Assembly (NCBI GenBank): GCA_964468955.1 | Contig: CAYXXB010000001.1 | Coordinates: forward strand, 1 to 58,792 | DNA from: an uncultured Clostridia bacterium | GTDB lineage: Bacteria; Bacillota; Clostridia; Christensenellales; Borkfalkiaceae | Length of the DNA stretch: 58,792 nucleotides | Reading direction: 5' to 3' | Shown here: piece after piece, positions 1 to 9,546 of the stretch | Layout: each line of letters begins with the position of its first letter | Position numbering within the stretch: the first letter of the stretch is position 1 | Notes under the pieces: generated by a model | Told to the model about the DNA's origin: nothing | The model's input: only the letters and a program-made list of their open reading frames with translations | The model's database searches: none | Position numbers and translations under genes: made by a program

Positions 1-86
1 CAGGTATGCGCAAATTGGGGCGCGCTGCGCAAAAACGCGGTTTTGCTTGCTACATATGTTGTTTAGAATAAAGGAGTGAAAAAATT

Positions 87-1301
87 ATGAAGTACGTAGT
101 TGTACTTGGAGACGGTATGGCGGATTGGAAGATAGATAGTCTTGGCAACAGGACTTGTCTCGAAGCCGCTAAAACGCCTACGTTAGATAAAATTGCACCG
201 CTTTCCGAAGTTGGGCTTTGCAAGACCGTACCAGACGGAATGAAACCCGGTAGCGACGTTGCGAATATGTCCGTACTGGGCTTTGATCCGCACGAATACT
301 ACACGGGGCGCTCCCCCCTCGAAGCCGTTTCTATGGGGCTTAAGCTTGCCGAAACTGACGTAACGCTGAGGTGCAATCTCGTAACCCTTTCCGACGAAGA
401 AAATTACGAAGATAAAACTATGGTTGATTATTCCGCGGGAGAGATTTCCACCGAAGAAGCCGCGGAGCTTATCGCTTACCTTAAAGAGCATATAGACGGC
501 GATGATATGAAGCTTTATGCGGGTATTTCGTACAGGCACTGTCTGCTCGTTAATAACGGGGTTACGGGACACGACCTCACTCCCCCTCACGATATTTCCG
601 ACAAACCGATAAAAGGACATCTGCCCAAAGGTACTTGCGCAGATAAATATTTGGACATAATGAAGAAAAGCGCACAGCTTTTAAAGGACCACCCCGTAAA
701 TAAAAAGCGCATAGCGGCGGGCAAACGCCCCGCAAATTCCGTATGGCTTTGGGGCGAAGGCACGAAACCTGCGCTCAGCGCGTTTTCGAGCTTGCGCGGT
801 TTAAAAGGAAGCGTTATTTCCGCAGTCGATTTGGTTCGCGGTATAGGCTTGCTTGCCGATATGAGCGTTATCGAAGTTGAAAATATCACTGGCAATTACG
901 ACACAAACTTTGCGGGCAAAGCACAAGCGGCGGCGGAAGCGATGATAAGCGGAAAAGCGGACTTCGTTTACATTCATATGGAAGCGCCCGACGAATGCGG
1001 ACATCAGGGCGACCCCGCGCACAAGATTTACTCCATAGAGCAAATAGACGAAAAGGTTGTTTCCGCGCTTATTTCCTCATTTGAAAAGGCGGGCGAAGAT
1101 TATGCTATGCTTGTAACGCCCGACCACCCCACTCCCTGCGCTTGCAAAACCCACGTTTCCGAACCCGTTCCCTACCTTATTTATACGAACGTAAAGAACC
1201 TCGGCAACGGCGCGGCGCGCTACACCGAGGACGAAGCGGCAAAAACGGGCGTTTACGTTGCCGACGGTTATAAGCTTATCGAAAGACTGTTGGCGATTTA
1301 A
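87..1301 (+). CDS. apgM: cofactor-independent phosphoglycerate mutase family metalloenzyme (ApgM/archaeal type)
   Basis: 404-aa ORF with a strong RBS (aaaggag) 8 nt upstream. The N-terminus 'MKYVVVLGDGMAD' and the 'HMEAPDECGHQGD' metal-binding segment are typical of the alkaline-phosphatase-superfamily ApgM proteins. This is family recognition from memory. Confidence 0.7.
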   Translation: MKYVVVLGDGMADWKIDSLGNRTCLEAAKTPTLDKIAPLSEVGLCKTVPDGMKPGSDVANMSVLGFDPHEYYTGRSPLEAVSMGLKLAETDVTLRCNLVTLSDEENYEDKTMVDYSAGEISTEEAAELIAYLKEHIDGDDMKLYAGISYRHCLLVNNGVTGHDLTPPHDISDKPIKGHLPKGTCADKYLDIMKKSAQLLKDHPVNKKRIAAGKRPANSVWLWGEGTKPALSAFSSLRGLKGSVISAVDLVRGIGLLADMSVIEVENITGNYDTNFAGKAQAAAEAMISGKADFVYIHMEAPDECGHQGDPAHKIYSIEQIDEKVVSALISSFEKAGEDYAMLVTPDHPTPCACKTHVSEPVPYLIYTNVKNLGNGAARYTEDEAAKTGVYVADGYKLIERLLAI

Positions 1302-1320
1302 ATAAATTTTGCAAATTATA

Positions 1321-1353
1321 AAAGCCGTTCGGGTTTTCCCGAACGGCTTTTTG
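1321..1353. terminator. bidirectional intrinsic terminator between apgM and the XRE gene
   Basis: GC hairpin agccgttcggg/cccgaacggct, flanked by an A-run and a T-run. Confidence 0.7.
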
Positions 1354-1557
1354 TTACTCGTCTTTAATTCCTAAAATATAATCCGCGCTTTCATTAAAAA
1401 ATTTGCATAAAACAATTATATCTGAAACCGTAGGTTCTGACTGTGAAAGCTCCCACCTTGCAATTGCAGATTGACTAAGCCCCGTTTCTTTGGATAATTT
1501 CATTTGACTTAGTCCTTTTTCTTCCCTAAGTTCTTTTAGTCGTTCCGCAAATTTCAT
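1354..1557 (-). CDS. XRE-family helix-turn-helix transcriptional regulator (67 aa)
   Basis: 'LKELREEKGLSQMKLSKETGLSQSAIARWE' is a canonical Cro/C1-type HTH. The protein is only one HTH domain long. Confidence 0.85.
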   Translation of the reverse strand: MKFAERLKELREEKGLSQMKLSKETGLSQSAIARWELSQSEPTVSDIIVLCKFFNESADYILGIKDE

Positions 1558-1577
1558 ATTTGTATTATATGTTATTT

Positions 1578-1620
1578 AAGTCAAATATGACTTGACAACC
1601 CATAATCGGGTTGATATAAT
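1578..1620 (+). promoter_or_regulatory. consensus sigma-A promoter (TTGACA-17-TATAAT) overlapped by an inverted repeat (candidate XRE operator)
   Basis: ttgaca at 1592-1597 and tataat at 1615-1620 with a 17-nt spacer. The inverted repeat aagtca-N4-tgactt at 1578-1593 overlaps the -35 element. Confidence 0.6.
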
Positions 1621-1643
1621 ACTATGAAAAGAGAGCTGATTTT

Positions 1644-1790
1644 ATGCAAAATAAAATTCATCAATTCAACCTGCTTGAATTTAATTATAAGTTGATATAT
1701 AAGTATTATAAATTATGCAAAAGAGGCATTATAACTTATGAAGAGTTTGATTTTCAATGCTGCGGTTTAAAGCTTAACCATTTGAAATAG
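1644..1790 (+). CDS. small hypothetical protein (48 aa, below the ORF-track cutoff), divergent from the XRE gene
   Basis: Hand-translated ATG..TAG ORF: MQNKIHQFNLLEFNYKLIYKYYKLCKRGIITYEEFDFQCCGLKLNHLK. It lies between the consensus promoter and a strong terminator. The RBS is weak (agagag). Confidence 0.4.
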   Translation: MQNKIHQFNLLEFNYKLIYKYYKLCKRGIITYEEFDFQCCGLKLNHLK

Positions 1791-1793
1791 TTA

Positions 1794-1829
1794 AGCGGGG
1801 GCAATTTTTTGAAGTTGCCCCCGCTTTTT
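1794..1829 (+). terminator. intrinsic terminator
   Basis: Hairpin agcgggggcaa/ttgcccccgct followed by ttttt. Confidence 0.75.
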
Positions 1830-1834
1830 ACCGC

Positions 1835-2125
1835 TTATTTTGCAAGCTGTTTCTGTTGTTTTTTGAACGTTTCGTTTGTCTGGTCTATCATCTGCTTTTG
1901 TGCGGGCGTGGGCGTGTAATAGCCGCGCGAGGACATCTGGTTGAAAAGGCTGTACTGGTTTTCCGCAACCGAATCGAGATGGTTTGCAAATTCCTTTCTC
2001 ACGCTCTTGGAACTGCCCTCGAACAGTGCCGTTGCATAGAAAGAAATGAGCTGTTTTTCACTCTCTAACATATCCTGTATTGCGTCTTTTTCGTTTAACT
2101 GCGTATCGCTTTTCGAAGTTTTCAT
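1835..2125 (-). CDS. spore coat protein CotF-like (Coat_F domain)
   Basis: 96-aa protein. 'DAIQDMLESEKQLISFYATALFEGSSKSVRKEFANHL' matches the CotF-family helical pattern. An RBS (aggggg) lies upstream. Confidence 0.7.
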   Translation of the reverse strand: MKTSKSDTQLNEKDAIQDMLESEKQLISFYATALFEGSSKSVRKEFANHLDSVAENQYSLFNQMSSRGYYTPTPAQKQMIDQTNETFKKQQKQLAK

Positions 2126-2129
2126 CCCA

Positions 2130-2318
2130 TTAACCCCCTATAATGTTTAAAAGCGCGTTGTAGCGGCGCTGATGTTCGTCCGCTATCTTGGTCATACAAT
2201 CCGCGAGGTCGGTGTCCGTAAGCGTTTTGGAATACGCCCTCGCCTTTTTGCAAATAAGTCCTTCAAACGTAAGCGCGTCTGAAATCATAGTAAGTTCTTT
2301 TGACGTCAACTGTGTCAT
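2130..2318 (-). CDS. small hypothetical protein co-transcribed with the cotF-like gene
   Basis: The start is set at the internal Met (MTQLTSKEL...) because a ggaggt RBS lies 8 nt upstream of it. The stop is 4 nt from the cotF-like start. Confidence 0.55.
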   Translation of the reverse strand: MTQLTSKELTMISDALTFEGLICKKARAYSKTLTDTDLADCMTKIADEHQRRYNALLNIIGG

Positions 2319-2376
2319 AAAAAATACCTCCGCGTTTGTTATTGCCAAACTGCGGAGGTTACATTCATATTATTTT

Positions 2377-3219
2377 TTATTTATCGTCCGAGCCGTCCGC
2401 CGTGCCGAAAAGGTTTACCCCCTCTTTACTGCTGTGGGCGCTGATTGCCTGAAAATACGGGTCGAATGAAAAGTCGCGGGGTTTAGTGTAGCTGCCGCCA
2501 AGACTTTCGATTGCGTACTTCAATTCCTGAAATTCTATATAGCTTATCCCCTCTTCGTCTATTTTGTCGAGAAGATAGGGCAAAGCGCGTTCGTCGCCGT
2601 ATGCGGCAAGATAGCTTGCAAGCATAGGAAGATTGTCCGCGTCCGTTCTGAATTCCTTTATTAAGATATCGAAAATTTCGTCGTCGCGAAGCACGCAGCG
2701 GGAAAGAATTTCGAGCATATAGCCCTTCTGAACGCCGCTTTTATAATAGGCGAGCGCCTGTTCTTTCACGTCGTCCGCGAACTCTTTAACGTAGTCTACG
2801 CAAGTATTGCGGACGTCCTCGCTTTCCGACTGCGTTAAAAGGCGCAGATATTCGGGCAGAGCCTCTCTGCACGCGCCCAAAAGGTTGAGTGCAATGGCAA
2901 TTTCGTCCTCCGTTCCCGACAAAAGCGGAAGCAAAAGCGCGGGGTTGCTACGGCTTTCGATTGCGTTGCACAGGTACATACTTACGCCGATTTCCTGCTT
3001 TAAATACGATTTAAGGCAGTTGATGAGCTGTTCGTCCGTCATTTCGGCAAAGTACTGGTTGGGGGATTTGCCGAGTGATTTTATCACCGTGTCGCCGAAC
3101 CTTTCGTACATTTGGGGGATAATGTCCTCCCACTCTCTTTCGCTGTGCTTGTCGCCGTTCTTTTTTAAGTATTCGGAAAGTTTTTCGTCGAACATTCCGT
3201 CAAAATCGTAAAGTTTCAT
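2377..3219 (-). CDS. hypothetical HEAT/PBS-lyase-like repeat protein
   Basis: The start is chosen at MKLYDF (RBS gggtgag), so the ATG lies 1 nt downstream of the upstream gene's TAA stop (3221-3223). Helical repeats include 'DERALPYLL'-type motifs. Confidence 0.5.
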   Translation of the reverse strand: MKLYDFDGMFDEKLSEYLKKNGDKHSEREWEDIIPQMYERFGDTVIKSLGKSPNQYFAEMTDEQLINCLKSYLKQEIGVSMYLCNAIESRSNPALLLPLLSGTEDEIAIALNLLGACREALPEYLRLLTQSESEDVRNTCVDYVKEFADDVKEQALAYYKSGVQKGYMLEILSRCVLRDDEIFDILIKEFRTDADNLPMLASYLAAYGDERALPYLLDKIDEEGISYIEFQELKYAIESLGGSYTKPRDFSFDPYFQAISAHSSKEGVNLFGTADGSDDK

Positions 3220-3220
3220 T

Positions 3221-4888
3221 TTACTCACCCAAAAGCGCTTCGACTTTTTTTCTGTCCGCACCGAAGAAGGACAGCATATTTTCGTCCGTCAAGCCACTTT
3301 CTTTTATGTCTGAATATTTTATTATAGCCGCCGCAAGAGCGGGTACGCTTCTCACTTCCTCTAACTTGTCCTCGCGTTCCAGCTTATTGTACAGCTTGGT
3401 TGCCGCCGCGTTTAAAAGATAGCAATAGTCTTCGGCGAGCATTGCAAAGCGGGAATAAGCCATTCCGTAGGCGCGCAGAAACGTCTTGCGCTTGAACTTG
3501 CCCGTATCGAGCGGAAGAAGCGAAAGCCTTCTGTAAAGGTTACAAACGACTATTCCGTATTCGCCTGCGGTGTTGCGTTGAACGAGTTCATTCAGCGTTT
3601 CCATCTTTATTCCGTCGGGGAGAAAAGCATCCAAAAGTATGTCGCGAACGGTGTCGTTGAGTTCGGCTTTTACCGCGCACGTTGCGCCGAGCAGTTTTAG
3701 TTCGTAAGAGTTGTTGCCGTCGCCTTCGTCGAAGCACCAGCGCACACAGCTTTCAATATCAGCGTTTTCGCATAGCTTCTTTGCCGTTTTTTCAGTCAAA
3801 CGGGCAAATGCGGAAAGAAATTCGAGGTTAGTCTGGCTCTCTTCGCGGGGAAGGCGGTAGAAATATTCAAGCTCCTGCCTCTCTTCAGGGGGAAGCTTTG
3901 CGTTTTTTGAAACGATAAACCGCCAATATTCCGCCGTTATAGCGTTTGGATAGACAGTGAAAAGCGTGTCGAATGCCTGTAAGCTTTCGTCGATTTTACC
4001 GCTGTTATATGCGGAAATAGCCCTGAAAAAGAGTATCGAAAAGTCGTAAGCAAGCTCGTTTTCAAGCTTCTTAAACAGTCCGTAAGCTTGGGCGTGCATT
4101 TTGTTTTCGCAACAAACCGTGGCGATTTTGTATATATCGTCGGGCGCTTCAACGTTTAAAGAAAGAAGTCTGTTTGCAAGCTCTTTGGCTTCTTCGCTCT
4201 TTTTCTGCTGTGATTTGACTGCGGCAAGCGTGGTTAGCGCCTGAACGTCGGCGGGGTTGCGGGTTAATATCGCCCTGCACTCCTCCTCCGCCTGTTCGCA
4301 TCTGTCGCTTATAATTTCGCACATTGCGATATAGTTGCGGGCAGCGAGGTATTTTTCGTTGCCCTCGTCCACCTTTGAAAATTCAGCTATCGCGTTGTCG
4401 TATTCGTTGGAGCGCATAAAGTTTATGCCGCTTTCAATCTCTTCGGAATAGTCTGCAAGCTGAGGCGGATATGCAAACTTTAAAGGTTTCTTTTCCGTCT
4501 GCAGAAAGGACGAAAGAATTTCCTGCCTGTTTTCGGGGGTCAGTTCCACGTTCGTTTCCATAAGCAGTTTGTTGTAATAATAGGCGGCAAAGCTTTCCTG
4601 CCCCATATTCATAAAGCTTATGGCAAGCCCTTCGTAAGCTTCCGCAAAGTCGGCTAAGTCAGCCGCATAGTCAATATATTTGAACCAGCCGTTCACGCAC
4701 TTTTCGTACAGCCCCATATCGTCGAACGCTTCGGCGTACAGCATAAACGAGTCCTCGTCGTTGCCGTTAAGGACTGCGTTTTTGTTGAGCATTTTTAGCG
4801 CCGTTATATAGTTGTGACTTTCGATGTTGTCGGCGGCGATGTTTATAAGCCTGTCCGCACCGAAATCTATTTTGCTGGTTTTGTTCAT
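3221..4888 (-). CDS. tetratricopeptide-repeat (TPR) protein
   Basis: 555 aa with repeated A/Y/L-rich 34-residue-like helices ('YEKCVNGWFKYIDY', 'AIAEFSKV...YLAARNYIAMC', 'AQAYGLFKKL'). It starts 3 nt after the hslO stop. Confidence 0.65.
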   Translation of the reverse strand: MNKTSKIDFGADRLINIAADNIESHNYITALKMLNKNAVLNGNDEDSFMLYAEAFDDMGLYEKCVNGWFKYIDYAADLADFAEAYEGLAISFMNMGQESFAAYYYNKLLMETNVELTPENRQEILSSFLQTEKKPLKFAYPPQLADYSEEIESGINFMRSNEYDNAIAEFSKVDEGNEKYLAARNYIAMCEIISDRCEQAEEECRAILTRNPADVQALTTLAAVKSQQKKSEEAKELANRLLSLNVEAPDDIYKIATVCCENKMHAQAYGLFKKLENELAYDFSILFFRAISAYNSGKIDESLQAFDTLFTVYPNAITAEYWRFIVSKNAKLPPEERQELEYFYRLPREESQTNLEFLSAFARLTEKTAKKLCENADIESCVRWCFDEGDGNNSYELKLLGATCAVKAELNDTVRDILLDAFLPDGIKMETLNELVQRNTAGEYGIVVCNLYRRLSLLPLDTGKFKRKTFLRAYGMAYSRFAMLAEDYCYLLNAAATKLYNKLEREDKLEEVRSVPALAAAIIKYSDIKESGLTDENMLSFFGADRKKVEALLGE

Positions 4889-4891
4889 TTT

Positions 4892-5716
4892 TCAGTTAAA
4901 AGTCTTTTCTATTAACGCTTTATCGAACACGTAATCTTTGTTGCAGTAGTGGCAATGCACGCTTACGTTGCCCTGCTCTTCCGCTATTTTCAAAAGCTCT
5001 TCCTTGCCTACCGAGGCGAGAATCGACACGATTTTTCTTTCCGAACAATTGCACTTGTATTCGGGATAAAGTTCGTACTTGCCGCCTTCGGAAAGATGAG
5101 CGAAGAACTTTTCGTACACTCCGTCAGCACCGAGGTTTAAAAGCGCGTCGGGTGATTGCTGATATGAATAGAACGCTTCGCTCGCCGTGTCTATCGCGCC
5201 GTCGTCCGCGTCGGGAAGAAGCTGCATAATTACGCCGCCCGAAACCAAACACCGACCGTCCGCGCCGATTTCCGTGCAAAGAGCAACCGCAGTGGGAATT
5301 TGCTCGCTGATTTCAAAGTATGCGGAAAGCATATCGGAAATATCGTCCGAGGATATTTCGCAAGTGCCTACGAACGGCATTGCACCCTTTTCCTCCCTTA
5401 CTACGGTGAGAGTACCGCCTACAAGCGTGCGCGTACACGAACCGTCCGCATAACCGCGCACGTGCAGTTCGCCGTCGGAAGACACGGAAACCGCGCCGTC
5501 GCCGTCCTTAGATTTGACGGTGAGCGAAACGGACGTATCCGCCGACTTTAAAAGCACCGCAAGAAACGCTCCGCAAGTGAGAAGACCGCCGAGTATGCGG
5601 GAAGCTTCCCCGTCGGTTGAATGTGTGGTTATTGCGTCGTTGACAAGGCGGGTTGTATCCATAACCGTCAACGAAATCTGACCGCCGCAAATGAGCGAGC
5701 GCAAAATTTTGTTCAT
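4892..5716 (-). CDS. hslO: Hsp33 redox-regulated chaperone
   Basis: C-terminal zinc centre 'CNCSERK...CHYCNKDY' (CXC...CXXC) and Hsp33-like length and N-terminal domain. Confidence 0.85.
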   Translation of the reverse strand: MNKILRSLICGGQISLTVMDTTRLVNDAITTHSTDGEASRILGGLLTCGAFLAVLLKSADTSVSLTVKSKDGDGAVSVSSDGELHVRGYADGSCTRTLVGGTLTVVREEKGAMPFVGTCEISSDDISDMLSAYFEISEQIPTAVALCTEIGADGRCLVSGGVIMQLLPDADDGAIDTASEAFYSYQQSPDALLNLGADGVYEKFFAHLSEGGKYELYPEYKCNCSERKIVSILASVGKEELLKIAEEQGNVSVHCHYCNKDYVFDKALIEKTFN

Positions 5717-5818
5717 AAGCGTTTTAATTTAAGTTTGTTTATTATTGCAGTTAAAAATGCAAGCTTCCTTCTATTAAAACTGCGACTATACACAATAGCC
5801 GCAGTTCACTTGACTTAT

Positions 5819-7087
5819 TTACCTTAACAGGTTGTCCGAGCTTACGCTCTTGCCTTTGCCCTTTTTGCCCTTTGGTGTTTGCAAGGCTTTTTCTCGCTCG
5901 GCAAACAGTTTTTCGTATTCGACGTAACGGGTGTCGGATTTATGCTGTTCGTAATACTCATTGACGTTCGCCGCGATTTGTTCGCGCTCTTTTGCCGCCC
6001 GCGAGATATCGCCTCTGCCGAACGCAACGCCGATTTCTTCAACTACGTCACCTTCCTCTATCGGGCGTAGAGGTCTGCCTATAAGCTCGCTCTTGCCTGC
6101 CGCCAAAAGTTCGCGTGCGAGGGCTTTTTCGTCAGCTTCGTTTTCAGCTTCCAGCTGCTTGGGCGTCATCTTAGCGCGCTTCGCTTCCTTTTCGCTCTTG
6201 ATTGCGGGCGTTATAAACATATCGAACACCCACTGCGTAAACGCAAGCCAGCACAAAAGTATAAACGAAAAGCCGATAAAAATAAAGATTGCAGCACCAA
6301 ACCACAAGAAAAAGGTTACCTTTGTGCCGATGAGCATAAGCCAAACGGGTATGAGTGCGAAACCGAGCATAAACACAGTTTGAATAACGCTTCCTACCAG
6401 CAAAACGAGACTGTTTTTTACAAGATATCTGAATTTAACTTTATAGCTTACGCCGACGGCAAGGAACCACGCTGCTACTATGCCGACTATTACGGTGGCT
6501 ATAATGATAAATACCTTAGCAGTTATAGGTCCGCCTGCAGAATGTCCGTACGCTATCTGCTGTGCCGCCCAATCCGAAATAACAAACGACGCGAATATGA
6601 ATACCATAAACAGCGTTACGGGTATCATTGTGTTAAAATAACATACCTTTACGCCGTGAAAATAGCCTTTAAGCGTAAACTGACCGTGCGTGTTTATGAG
6701 CTTTTTAATTGAATACGAAGCACCTGCAATTCCTATAGACGCGATAAACCCCATCACTATCAGAAGCGAATAGAACAGCAAATCTGCGGAAAGCACTATA
6801 CTTTCGGCAACGCCCTGCGTATTAGGCGTGAACGGATAAGTGAAGAGAGCATTGGACGAAAACGGATACAGCACTCCCATCTGCGAAATATATCTCAGGC
6901 GGAAATACACCACCGCTATTCCCGGAACGAAAAACAACAGTGTCAGTACGTTTATCAACACTAACTTCCCGAAATTATTTTTTAAAACGTTCCAAGTGTC
7001 GGACCAACGCCCTTGAGGTACTTGGGTGCGTACGTAATCGTCGGCAAGCTCGTTGCCTTCGAGTGCGCTTACTTTTGACTGAGCCAT
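5819..7087 (-). CDS. multi-pass membrane protein (YesL/DUF624-like) with a charged C-terminal extension
   Basis: 'NVLKNNFGKLVLINVLTLLFFVPGI' N-terminal pattern, about 6 hydrophobic helices, and a C-terminal stretch of about 110 aa rich in K/E. Confidence 0.5.
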   Translation of the reverse strand: MAQSKVSALEGNELADDYVRTQVPQGRWSDTWNVLKNNFGKLVLINVLTLLFFVPGIAVVYFRLRYISQMGVLYPFSSNALFTYPFTPNTQGVAESIVLSADLLFYSLLIVMGFIASIGIAGASYSIKKLINTHGQFTLKGYFHGVKVCYFNTMIPVTLFMVFIFASFVISDWAAQQIAYGHSAGGPITAKVFIIIATVIVGIVAAWFLAVGVSYKVKFRYLVKNSLVLLVGSVIQTVFMLGFALIPVWLMLIGTKVTFFLWFGAAIFIFIGFSFILLCWLAFTQWVFDMFITPAIKSEKEAKRAKMTPKQLEAENEADEKALARELLAAGKSELIGRPLRPIEEGDVVEEIGVAFGRGDISRAAKEREQIAANVNEYYEQHKSDTRYVEYEKLFAEREKALQTPKGKKGKGKSVSSDNLLR

Positions 7088-7213
7088 TAAAAAATCCTTG
7101 CAATAATCCGCGCTTGTTTTATAAACGGATAGTTTTTCTTACATTATACAGCATAGACGGAATTATTTCAATTATTTTACAAGACAGAAATCAAAAAAAG
7201 AATATATTTTTCT

Positions 7214-7242
7214 TTGACTTTTACTGCCCGTTATGGTAATAT
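7214..7242 (+). promoter_or_regulatory. sigma-A promoter of the lysine-riboswitch leader
   Basis: ttgact (7214-7219), 17-nt spacer, taatat (7237-7242). Confidence 0.6.
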
Positions 7243-7249
7243 CGTTATG

Positions 7250-7493
7250 CGAAATAGAGGAGCGGCAGAGCAACAGTATCCGCGCGGTTTAAAGTCGGTG
7301 GCGGCTTGATTATTACGGCGCATTGGGAGAAAGGGCATCGCCGCCGAAGTCGGGGGACTGCCACCACCCTTTGGCTGGGCGCAAGGGTTAATACCCGTGC
7401 GACTGACACTGTTTTATGTGTTGCGCTATTTGCAATGAACTTTTTTCTTGTGTTAAGGTTCTTTAAGCGGCGCAATCTGCGCCGCTTATTTTT
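7250..7493 (+). promoter_or_regulatory. lysine riboswitch (L-box) with terminator expression platform
   Basis: Conserved L-box blocks are visible: AGAGGAGCG, cAGTAtcc, GGGAGAAAGGGcatcGCCGCCGAAG, gCTGGgcg and gACTGacACTG. The terminator aagcggcgca/gcgccgctt plus T-run lies at 7465-7493. It sits upstream of asd-dapA-dapB. Confidence 0.85.
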
Positions 7494-7550
7494 AATTATT
7501 GCGCTTTCTTCGCTTTAATCACAATTTCAGATTCCGGAGAATAATATTTT

Positions 7551-8636
7551 ATGAAAACATCACAGAAATACAAAGTAGGCGTTATAGGCGCGACCGGTAT
7601 GGTCGGTCAGCGCTTTTTATGCCTTTTGGAAAATCACCCTTGGTTCGACGTCGTTTGCCTTGCGGCAAGCGCCAATTCTGCGGGGAAAAAGTATAAAGAC
7701 GCGATTAAGGGTTGGCTTATGTCCTCCCCTATGCCCGCAAAATTCGCGGATATGATAGTTCTCGACGCGGACGCCGACAGACAGGCTATCGCTGATTCCG
7801 TAGACTTCTGTTTCTGCGCGGTCAATATGAAAAAGGACGATATTCGCGAACTCGAATACGCTTACGCGAAAATGGAATGTCCCATAGTTTCCAACAATTC
7901 CGCACACAGATTTACGGACGACGTACCTATGATTATTCCCGAGGTCAACGCCGAACATTTAGCGGTTATAGACGCTCAGAAAAAGCGGTTGGGTACGAAA
8001 CGCGGTTTTATCGCCGTAAAGAGCAATTGCTCGCTTCAATCCTACGTACCCCTTCTTCACCCGCTTAAGAAGTACGGCATTAAAAGCGCCGTCGTTACGA
8101 CTTATCAGGCGATTTCGGGTGCGGGCAAGACTTTCGAAACTATGCCGCAGATTATAGATAACGTTATACCTTATATCGGCGGCGAGGAAGAAAAGAGCGA
8201 AAGAGAACCGCTGAAAATTTGGGGCGAAGTGAAAGACGGCGCAATCGTTGCGGCAAGCTCGCCCGTTATTACGGCGCAATGCTTAAGAGTACCCGTTTCC
8301 GACGGGCATACTGCGGCTTGCTTCGTTTCTTTTGAGAATAAACCTTCCAAAGAAGAGATTATTTCCGCTTGGAAGCAATTTTACGGCGAACCTCAGACGC
8401 TCGCCCTCCCCTCCGCTCCCAAGCAGTTTATACACTATTTTGAAGAAGACGACAGACCTCAGCCCAAGCTTGACAGAAACACCGAAAACGGTATGGCTGT
8501 CTGTGCGGGCAGGCTGAGAGAGGACAATCTTTTCGATTACAAATTTATAGGTTTTTCCCACAATACCTTACGCGGCGCCGCGGGCGGTGCGGTGTTGCTG
8601 GCTGAGCTTTTAGCGGCTAAGGGATACTTTGACTGA
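7551..8636 (+). CDS. asd: aspartate-semialdehyde dehydrogenase
   Basis: 'KVGVIGATGMVGQRF' Rossmann N-terminus and an active-site 'SNCS' segment. The gene sits with dapA/dapB behind an L-box. Confidence 0.9.
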   Translation: MKTSQKYKVGVIGATGMVGQRFLCLLENHPWFDVVCLAASANSAGKKYKDAIKGWLMSSPMPAKFADMIVLDADADRQAIADSVDFCFCAVNMKKDDIRELEYAYAKMECPIVSNNSAHRFTDDVPMIIPEVNAEHLAVIDAQKKRLGTKRGFIAVKSNCSLQSYVPLLHPLKKYGIKSAVVTTYQAISGAGKTFETMPQIIDNVIPYIGGEEEKSEREPLKIWGEVKDGAIVAASSPVITAQCLRVPVSDGHTAACFVSFENKPSKEEIISAWKQFYGEPQTLALPSAPKQFIHYFEEDDRPQPKLDRNTENGMAVCAGRLREDNLFDYKFIGFSHNTLRGAAGGAVLLAELLAAKGYFD

Positions 8637-8658
8637 ATAGAAGATAAGGGATAAAAAT

Positions 8659-9546
8659 ATGGTGAATTTTTTAAAGGGCCTTGCCACGGCAATGATTACG
8701 CCCTTCGATGAAAACGGCGTCAATTTGAATGAATTCGGCAAACTGATTGAATATCAGATTGCGGGCGGAGCTGACGCTCTCGTGATATTGGGAACCACCG
8801 GCGAACCCTCCACTATGAGCGACAGCGAAAAAGTCGAGGTTATGGAATACGCCGTTAAAAAAGCGGCGAAGCGCGTTAAAATTATTTTCGGCACGGGCGG
8901 TAACTGCACGGCTAACGCCGTTGCCGCGAGCATACGCGCAGAAAAAATCGGCGCGGACGGACTGCTCGTAGTGACACCCTATTACAATAAATGCACTCAA
9001 AAGGGCATTGTCGAATACTACAAGAGCATTTGCGGTGCAGTTTCTATTCCAGTCATCGCCTACAACGTCCCCGGACGCACGGGCGTAAATATTCTTCCCG
9101 CTACTGCGGAGGAGCTTTCATACATACCCAACCTTGCGGGAATTAAAGAAGCGTGCGGCAATATGGAGCAGATTTGCGAAACCATGCGCAGGGTGCGCGG
9201 TCGCTGCGACGTTTATTCCGGCGACGACAACCTGAACGTTCCCATTCTTGCAATAGGCGGCGCGGGTGTGATTTCCGTTGCGAGCAACCTAGCCCCCGCA
9301 GAAGTAAAGAAGGTTGCTTCTCTGATGTTTGACTACAAGCTTAAAGAAGCAAACGAGTTACAGGACAGATTGCTGCCGCTAATCGACGCATGCTTCACGG
9401 AAGTCAACCCCATTCCCGTTAAGTACGGAAGCTGTGCCTTAGGCTTTAACGCGGGTGTTCCCCGTGCGCCTTTGACGGAATTGGAAGAAAGCCACAAAAC
9501 GGTTATGAACAAAGCGCTTGAAAGCGCAGGGATAAAAACATTATGA
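8659..9546 (+). CDS. dapA: 4-hydroxy-tetrahydrodipicolinate synthase
   Basis: 'TAMITPF...GTTGE...YNVPGRTG' are DapA hallmark segments. Confidence 0.9.
   Translation: MVNFLKGLATAMITPFDENGVNLNEFGKLIEYQIAGGADALVILGTTGEPSTMSDSEKVEVMEYAVKKAAKRVKIIFGTGGNCTANAVAASIRAEKIGADGLLVVTPYYNKCTQKGIVEYYKSICGAVSIPVIAYNVPGRTGVNILPATAEELSYIPNLAGIKEACGNMEQICETMRRVRGRCDVYSGDDNLNVPILAIGGAGVISVASNLAPAEVKKVASLMFDYKLKEANELQDRLLPLIDACFTEVNPIPVKYGSCALGFNAGVPRAPLTELEESHKTVMNKALESAGIKTL

Noticed and set aside
7245-7518. ORFs 7245-7475 (minus strand) and 7306-7518 (plus strand) upstream of asd
   Set aside because: The region carries the conserved blocks and terminator of a lysine riboswitch. The ORFs have no RBS, and their translations are arginine-rich, typical of GC-rich structured RNA.
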